A stretch of DNA of 64,000 bases from the human T2T-CHM13v2.0 reference genome, Homo sapiens. The position numbers and the translations under genes are program-made. How positions within the stretch are numbered: position 1 is the first letter of the stretch; every line of letters begins with the position of its first letter. The notes under the pieces are model-generated. The model made no database searches. It was not told the origin of the DNA and saw only the letters and a list, made by a program, of their open reading frames with translations. The stretch lies in NCBI RefSeq assembly GCF_009914755.1, contig NC_060940.1; one strand, written 5' to 3'. Below are positions 56,062 through 64,000 of the stretch, piece after piece.

Positions 56062-56690
56062 CAATCTGGACTCCCATGATTGTTGCAACACTCTTCACAA
56101 CAGCTAAGATTTGGATGCAATCTAAGTGTCCATCAACAGCTGAATGGATAAAGAAAGTGTGGTACAGATACACAATGGAGTACTATTCAGCCATAGAAAA
56201 GAATGAGAGCCTGTCATTTGCAATAACATGGATGGAAGTGAAGATCATTATGTTAAATGAAATAAGCTAGACACAGAAAGACCAACATTGCCTGTTCTCT
56301 TATTTGCGGAATCTAAAAATCAGAAAAATCGAACTCATGGAGGTAGAGAGTAAAATGATGGTTACCAGAGGCTGGGAAGGGTAGCAGAGGATTTGGGGTG
56401 AGGTAGGGATGGTTAATGGATACAAAAACAATAGAAAAAAATGAATACAACATACTATTCAATCTCACAACTGGGTGATTATAGTCAATAATAACTTAGT
56501 TGTACATTTTTAAATAACTAAAAAAGTGTAATTGGATTTTTTATAACACAAAGGATAAATGGTTGAAGAGATGGATGCCCCATTCTCCATGATGTGATTA
56601 TTTTACATTGCATGCCTGAATCAAAACAGCTCATGTACCCCACAAATATATACACCTATCATGTACCCCAAAAAATAAAAAAATAAAAAA
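56062..56690 (+). mobile_element. L1MA2-like 3' end inserted in an older antisense L1M
   Basis: AAGTGTCCATCAACAGCTGAATGGATAAAG...ATGTACCCCACAAATATATACACCTA plus A-rich tail. Confidence 0.85.
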
Positions 56691-56829
56691 ATTCTCAGAT
56701 TACATATTTTTAATCTTAGGTAAATACTATCATTATACTCATCATTTTGAAACTTGATTTTATTATTCAACATTATGTTTTTGAGATTTATCCATGTTGC
56801 CACTTGTATCTATAGTTCATTTATTTAAC

Positions 56830-57137
56830 CAAAATTTGGCAAATTTTTTCTGTAACTAACCTGACAGTAAATATTTTTGGCTTTGCAGGCCATATGGTCT
56901 CTATTGCAACTACTCATGAGACTTTGCTGTTGTAGTATGAAAGTAGGCATAGAAACTATGTTAATGATACTTATTGGAGCATAACTGTGTTCCAATAAAA
57001 CTTTATTTATCAACACTGAAAACTGATTTTCATATAATTGTCACCTGTCATGAAAAAGTATTCTTCTTTTAATTTTTTTCAACCATTTACAAAAATACGT
57101 AGTAGGCTGGATTTGGCCCAAAGTTTGCCAAACCCTG
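56830..57137. mobile_element. MER58B hAT-Charlie element
   Basis: TTGGCAAATTTTTTCTGTAA...GGCTTTGCAGGCCATATGGTCTC...GTTCCAATAAAACTTTATTTA...AGTTTGCCAAACCCTG. Confidence 0.85.
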
Positions 57138-57724
57138 GGTTAAGCGATCTCCAAGCTGCCAGCAGGAATTCTGAAAGTCTGTACATACACTTGCTCTATC
57201 CCCCTCTCATGATCTGACTTGAATGAGGCAGTATCCCCCACCATCCCACTGCTTCACACACTGCAGGACCCCTGGCAGTCCTGTGAGCATAAATGGTTCC
57301 AGTTGGCTCCCTCAGAGGAAAAGCTGCAGAGGTAAGCTAAACCCCACACTAAATGGGGATCTATGTCTGAAGAAGCTGAGGGTAAAAAATGACAGAAAAA
57401 GGCAAAATCAGCTTCAAGAAAGTATTTTAGAATCTCAAAATCCCATGCAAGAATGGCCCACCTAGAATCAGATACTAAGAAAACTCCCAGGGAAACTGTG
57501 GGTAAACGGCAGGTAAGAAGAAGGAGAAAGAGCCTCGGCAAATAAACACACAACCTGGTGCCACATAGTGGGATACAGTCACCAGGGCATGTGCACATAG
57601 TTGGTGAACTGTTATCTCCCCTTATAAGATCTGAAATTCTTCCATTAAAGGGTCATCTACTGCATTTAGGCATTGTTCTCTGGCATAATAGAGTTTATTG
57701 ACCACAGATTTCTCTTGCACTCAG

Positions 57725-58225
57725 AACTTTTATTTGGTAGACAGCAAAACTAAATCCAACCCACATGACTTGAACAAAAGGGAATCCTGTAACATGAGGA
57801 TCCTGTAAGTGAAAAGTTCACAAGTAGAAGAGTTTTCAGGAACAGCTGGAAGCAGAAGCTTAAACAATGTCACTAGGATATGGTTTTCCTCTGTATTACT
57901 CAAGTCATTTTCCTCCATATTAGTGTGATTGTCATCAAGCTCTTCCCTTCTGATTTCATAATGCTTGCTAGTAGCTCCTGTCACATCTCATTGGCTCCAG
58001 TGGGATAATGGGAACATTTATGAACCAATCACTGTGTTCAGATAAACTCAAGGCTTTGATTAGCCTGGCGAGAGTCACATGCCTGGCTGCAGAGAAAGAA
58101 TTGGTTTCATCTGAAGCACACAGATTGTTGCCTAGGAATAGGGGTACATCACTAATGGAAAATTGGGAGCTTCTACAAAAGGTAGAACATATGTATGGCT
58201 GCATGGTCAAAATACAACCAATGTC
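57725..58225 (-). mobile_element. MLT1K/L-like LTR
   Basis: CTCATTGGCTCCAG..., TGAACCAATCACTGTG, GATTAGCCTGG..GTCACATGCC. Confidence 0.6.
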
Positions 58226-58539
58226 CACACTGACATGACTCTTTCACAGGTAAATTCCTGAGTGATAACCTCAGAGTCAGAAGAGGAAAAATAGATAGAG
58301 GCATTGTTCAAGGAAGACTGGTCTGGATGAGAGATCTGGATCACCATCTGGAGGTGAGGAAACCCAAAAGGGAAAAGGACAGGCCTGGGAACCAGAGACC
58401 CAAAGGGCATTGCCAGTGTTCTCAGCCCCCATTGTTTTGGACACCTCCATGATGATGGCAGGCCCCAAGGGCTGGTGAGGGTGATCTTTTCTATTGGAGA
58501 AGTCATACTTGTCCTTCAGGACCCAGCTCAAAAGTCATT

Positions 58540-60970
58540 TCCTGGATTTGTGGTTTTAGTTCTTACATATAAAGGGCTTGGAAGTCATCATTCTCATCCT
58601 TACAACAACAAAAAGGCTATCAAACCGAAAATTAATGGCTTTTCTTGGACTTATTAGAGAACTAAGGCTGCAGGGCAGAAATCTGAAGAGCCAAGCAAAT
58701 ACAGAGAAATAGTCAAAATTAGCTTACTTGGAGCAGAAGCCACTGGAGTACAAACTAGTAGGACACTTAAATGGTAGTTTTGGTGAAATGCTGGAGGTTG
58801 AGTGTGGACTAGCTTAAGAGTGAGAAAATCATGGGGGCCATAGTCCCAGAAATACTCTCACACTTTCTTGGGTTTTACCTCCAGGAACCCCAACAGATTT
58901 TCATGTGAAGAGCCAAAAAAAAGTCCCTTGTGTTTCTGGCAAAGAGTGGGGGAAATTAACCATTTTGAAAAATGCTCACTCTACCCTCCATAGAAAAGTC
59001 CTACTATTCAGTGAAAAAGACTTTACTAGAATCTTATCTCACTTAAATAGAAGAGCAATTACCCAATCTCAGCCCCTTCTAGTCTTCCTGTCTCACCTAA
59101 GGGTGGAGGAAGGAGTTGTGATAAGAAATACTTGTGAAGGTCACAGCCTAGAGGCCAAGGCCCACTAAAACACTAAGATTTAATCATAAGATTATAGAAT
59201 CCCTTCCCTTATCCACAGCATACTACCACAATAACAGAATGGCAGTATAATAGCAGTGGAATATAGCTGAAGGAGCTGAGAGGCTCAGATTCTGTTTATT
59301 TAAGAAGTAAATTTCAGGAAAACTCAAAAACATGAGGACAGATCAAAAAAAAAAACCCAAGGATACAAGAGGAATTTGAAGTCCCTAACACTTATGGCTA
59401 CAGAAAACAATAAACATACACCAATACTTAGCCAGATTAATACAAAACTTTACACTAAAGGCCTACTTACGTCTCGGTTCCTATTTCCCTAGATATCATA
59501 TCTGGCTTTCGACAAAAAATTACAAGACATGTTAAAGACAGAAAAAACACATTCTGAAGAGATAAATCAAGCATTAGTATCAGACTTAGATATGACACAG
59601 ATTTTGGAATTATCAGATAAGAAAATTTAAATAACTACAATTAATACATTAAGATCTCTCATAAAAAAGTAGATAACATACAAGAACAGATAAGGAATGT
59701 AAACAGAGAGATGATAACTCTTTGAAGAAATCAAAAGGAGATGCTAGAAATCAAACCCACTGTAATAGAAATAAAGAATGCCTTTAATGGGCTCACAGTA
59801 GAATGGACATGAAAGAGGAAAGAATTCATAAGTTTGAAGATGTGTCCATAGAAATTTTACAGATTAGAATACAAAGAGCTAAAATGATGGGGAAAAAAAA
59901 CAGAATAGAATACCCCAAAACTGTGGAGCAATTTCAAGAGTTTGAACGTAATTCAAATTAGAAGGAGCAAAGAGGATGGAGCAGAAAAATACCTAAAGTA
60001 ATAACCACCAAGAAATTTCCAAAATTAATGACATGCACCAAACTATAGATCTTGGGAGCTCAGAGTAACATCACGCAGGATAAATGCCAAACATTCTACA
60101 CCTAGGAATATCATATTCAAACTTCAGAAAAAAACAAAGACAAAGAGAAACTCTTGAAAGAAGCCAAAGAAAGACAAACACCTTTGCCTCTACCTATAAA
60201 GGAGCAAAGATGAGAATTACAGTGGACTTCTCATCAGAAACTATGCAAGCAACAAGAGAGTGGAGTAAAATATTTAAAGTGTTGAAAACAAAACAAAACA
60301 AAACAAAGAAACCCACCAACCTAGACTTCTACATCCAGCAAAATAATCCTCCAAGAGTGAAGAGAAAAATGGAGACTTTGGCAGACATACAAAAACAGGA
60401 AATTCATGACCAGCAGAAATGCCCTATAAGAGATGCTAAGAGAGATTCTTCAGAAAGAAGGAACAGTACATAGGTCAGAAATGCAGATTTACATGATAAA
60501 AGGAAAAGTATCAGAAAAGACATAAATAAAGATAAAATAAAATCTTTTATTTTTCTTAATCTAATAAATAAATGTTTACTCAAAGCAATAATAGTAACAA
60601 TGTACTATATGATTATAACATATAAATAATTGAAATTAATCACAGCAATTTTATAAGAGATAGGTGGGAGGAATTGGAAAAATTCTATTATGAAGTACCT
60701 GTACTACCTGTGAAGTATTAAAGTGTTTTTTGAAAGTACACTTAGATTATTTGTGAAGATATATTGCAAACTTTAGTACAACAACTAAAAAATTTGAAAA
60801 GATGTTTAATTGATATGAAAAAAGGGGAGAGAAAATAAAATAATATATAATGCCAATTAAAACCAGAGAAGGAAAAAAAGAACAAACACAATGAATAAAA
60901 AACATTCACTAAGTAGATAGATATCAATAGATACTTCAAATATAACTGTTTTAAGCACACTGATTAAAAG
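58540..60970 (+). mobile_element. Ancient L1M (L1MD/M4-like) 5'UTR and degenerate ORF1
   Basis: ORF 60084..60473 contains KGAKMRITVDFSSETMQATREWSKIFKVLK, homologous to the ORF1p C-terminal region. Confidence 0.75.
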
Positions 60971-61044
60971 ACAGAAATAAATGTCAAAGCTGAACTTTTT
61001 TTAAAAAAGAAAACCAAACCAAAACACACATATAGATTAAAAGT

Positions 61045-61236
61045 AAAATTATAATCTATTTTGTATCTCAATAGCTAAAAGAGATAATTTTAAATATTCT
61101 CAACACAAAGAAATAACTATTTGAGGTGATTGATATGATAATCAGCCTGATTTGATCTTTCCGCAATGTATGCATGTATTGAAATACAACATTGTACTTC
61201 ATAAATATACAATTGTTATTTGTCAAAAATAAAATA
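61045..61236 (+). mobile_element. L1MA-type 3' terminal fragment
   Basis: TTCTCAACACAAAGAAATAACTATTTGAGGTGAT...CATTGTACTTCATAAATATAC. Confidence 0.75.
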
Positions 61237-61289
61237 ATGCTTTCAGGTCACTTTTTAAAAAGTAAATGGGTACAAAAATGGGTACCAAA

Positions 61290-63140
61290 TGATACCAAAG
61301 CCAGACAAAGACACCACAAGGAAAGAAAATTACAGGCCAATGTCCCTAATGAACATAGATGCAAAAGTTTTTAACAAAATAACAGCAAACAGAATGCCAC
61401 AGCACAATTAAAAGGATCACTCACCATGATCAAGTTAGATTTATCCCTGGTATGCAAGGATGGTTCAAATGTGTAAATCAATAAATGTGATACAACACAT
61501 TAACAGAATGAAGGATAAAAATCACAATCACCTCAGCAGATGCAGAAAAACATTTGACACAATCCAACATCCTTTGATGATAAAAACCCTGAGAAAATTA
61601 GGAATAGAAGAAATGCACTTCAACACAATGAAGACCATATATGACAAGCCACAGCTAGCGTCATACTCAGTTGCAAAAAGCTGAAAGCTTTTCCTGTAAG
61701 ATGAGGAACAAGGCAAGGATGTCCACTCTCACCACTTCTGGGCAATACAGTACCGGATTTCCTACCCAGAGTAATCAGACAAGAAAAAGAAATAAAAAGC
61801 ATCTAAATCAGAAAGAAAGGAGTAAAAGTGTCTACTGTTTGCAGATAACATGATCTTACATAGTGAAAACCCTAAAGATCCACTAAAATACGGTTAGAAC
61901 TAATAAATGAATTCAGTAAAGTAGCAAGATACAAAATCAACATACAAAATTCAGTTGTATTTCTCCACATATAATGAGCTAACTGAAAAATAAATAAAGA
62001 AAACAATCCCATTTGGAATAGCTTACAAAGCAATAAAATACTTAGGAATAAATTTAACCCAGGAGGTGAAAAATCTATACACTGAAAACTATCAGACAGT
62101 GATGAAAGAAACTGAAGAACACACAAATAGAACAATCTTGTGTTCATAGATTGAAAGAATTAATATTGTCAAAATGTCCATACAACCCAAGGTAATCTGC
62201 AGATTTAATGCAATTCCTATCAAAATTTCAGTGACATTTTTCATAGAGGTAGAAAGAACAATCCTAAAATTCATATGAAATGAAAAAATTTTCCAAATAG
62301 CCAAAGTAATCTTGGGCAAGAATAAAACAACATTGGAGGTATCACATTATCTAACTTCAAAATACACTACAAAGCTATAGTAATCAAACCAGATACATAG
62401 ACAAATGGAACAGAATAGAAAACCCAGAAATAAATCTACACATTTATGGTTAACTGATCTTCTAAAAGGGTGCCAAGAACACACAATAGGAAAATGATCA
62501 TTTCTCCAATAAATGGTTCTGAAAAAACTGAATATCTACATACAAAAGAATGAAATTGGGCCCTTATCTCACAGCATATACAAAAATCAATTCAAAATGG
62601 ATTAAAGACTTAAATATAAGACCTGAAGTTATAAAACTACTAGAAGAAAACATAAGCAAAGCTCCAAGACATTGGTCTGGGCAATTATTCTTTTAAGTAT
62701 AGCCCAAATAGCACAAGTAACAAAAGCAAAAGTAGACAAATGGGATTGCATCAAACTAAAATGCTTCTGCACAGCAAAGAAAATAATCAACAGAGTTAAG
62801 AGACAACCTACAGAATGAGAGAAAATATTTGTAAGCCATACATCTGATAAGAGGTTAATATTCAAAATATATAAGAAACTCAATCAATTCCAAAGCAAGA
62901 AAATAAATAACCCAATTTAAAAATGGGCAAAAGATCTAAATGGACATTTCTCAAATGAGGACATACAAATGGCCATTAGGTATCTGAAAAGGTGCTCAAT
63001 GACATTAATCATCGAGAAAATGCAAATCAAAACCACAAGATACCACCTCATATCTTAGAATGGCTATTATCAAAAGGACAAAGGATAACCAGTGTCAGTA
63101 AAGATGTAGAGAAAAGAGAACCCTTGTACACTGTTGGTAG
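61290..63140 (+). mobile_element. Degenerate L1M ORF2 (RT to C-terminus)
   Basis: [17 protein letters not shown]; TTTGCAGATAACATGATC (decayed FADD motif); many stops. Confidence 0.88.
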
Positions 63141-63169
63141 AACTGTTCCTTAATGTATGCACATTTTAA

Positions 63170-64000
63170 AAACTAGGAGTTTTGGGAATCCCTGGAAAGA
63201 ATGCAGATGTGACAAGAGAATCTTATGTGTAATATAAGTGTATGAAGCAATCTCACTGAAAGGAATGGGAGAAAAGGTGCTGACCTAAGTAACTTTGCAA
63301 ATGAGCAGAGTCTGTAAGACTAAGGGCAAAAGGAACTTCACATAAGCTTTGTACTGTAGTTGAAAAAGTTATTTCCTACATGATTGCAGATTAACAATTC
63401 TGAAATCACTACACATACATACCAGGATTGAACAATTAAGTAAATGAATGGTAGATGGTTGGAGCTAGGTTCCTTGCTGTTAGAGTGAGAATTTACAGAA
63501 AAGCAAGGAGAGGAGGCTAGAATGATCCATGTGGTAAGAGACATCAGTATGAACTCATCTTTAGCCTAGTATAAATATAAATATTTATGCCCAGAAATAC
63601 TTATTGATATATGCATATGCAAGGGTTAATATACACATATATTTTCTTTCTCTGTCAGCTAAGAGGTCCTACAAGCAATGACACCCCATGACAATGAAAA
63701 TACCCAATGCCCAGATCTTGGTTTCTAATACCAAAAAAAAAAAAAGAAACCAGGGCTTCTCTGCGAAATGGCTGATTCTAGGGCAGGACTAGGAAATGTT
63801 TAAAATGATCCAGGAGTGTCTTGAAGTGCCAGAAAGTGAGGAAGTTAAAAAAAAAAAAAACTACATTGAAAGGGGTATGTTAAGTGGACACAGCAGCGAA
63901 CTGAAAGAATTCCTAATGCCCCAAACTGCAAGAATTTGAGCAACGAAATAAAAAAGTAATGCCTTATAATCTAATGTATAAAATAAGTATCCATGAATCT
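63170..64000 (+). mobile_element. L1MD-like 3'UTR, running off the window end
   Basis: GGTGCTGACCTAAGTAACTTTG, GGAGGCTAGAATGATCCATGTGGTAA, TGCCCAGATCTTGGTTTCTAATACCA. Confidence 0.7.

Noticed and set aside
60084-60473. 129-aa ORF resembling L1TD1/transposase-22
   Set aside because: Decayed, frameshifted ORF1 of an ancient L1M, not a domesticated gene

Overview
Human-like (hominid) non-coding genomic DNA, intergenic or deep intronic. I can support no host protein-coding gene, tRNA, rRNA or CRISPR array; the long ORFs belong to LINE-1, SVA, Alu or simple repeats. An AluYa5 carrying all five diagnostic bases, together with a full-length SVA, points to Homo sapiens. Most of the window is a layered transposon landscape: ancient MIR, L2, L1M and hAT/Tigger elements, MaLR/ERVL solo LTRs (THE1, MSTB, MLT1, MLT2A2, LTR16; many with intact 5-bp TSDs), a dozen or so Alus, a full-length antisense SVA (13416-15025, 16-bp TSD) and a full-length dead L1PA5/6 (about 31869-38020). 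Between these lie repeat-free AT-rich islands with clustered homeobox/POU/SOX/FOX motifs that look like conserved developmental enhancers. Patterns the repeat annotation does not explain: (i) apparent templated-insertion repair scars, namely a perfect 32-bp copy taken from 1,015 bp away, a 34/37-bp copy taken from 1,173 bp away, a fold-back inversion, and orphan fragments placed out of chronological order; (ii) a double-hairpin, triple-octamer element with a MEIS-HOX composite site at about 52.1-52.3 kb; (iii) intact DUX4 motifs in an MLT2A2 LTR and a THE1 LTR. Family names come from my recall of consensus sequences, not from a search, and boundaries of old repeats are approximate. I found no evidence for a new gene system.
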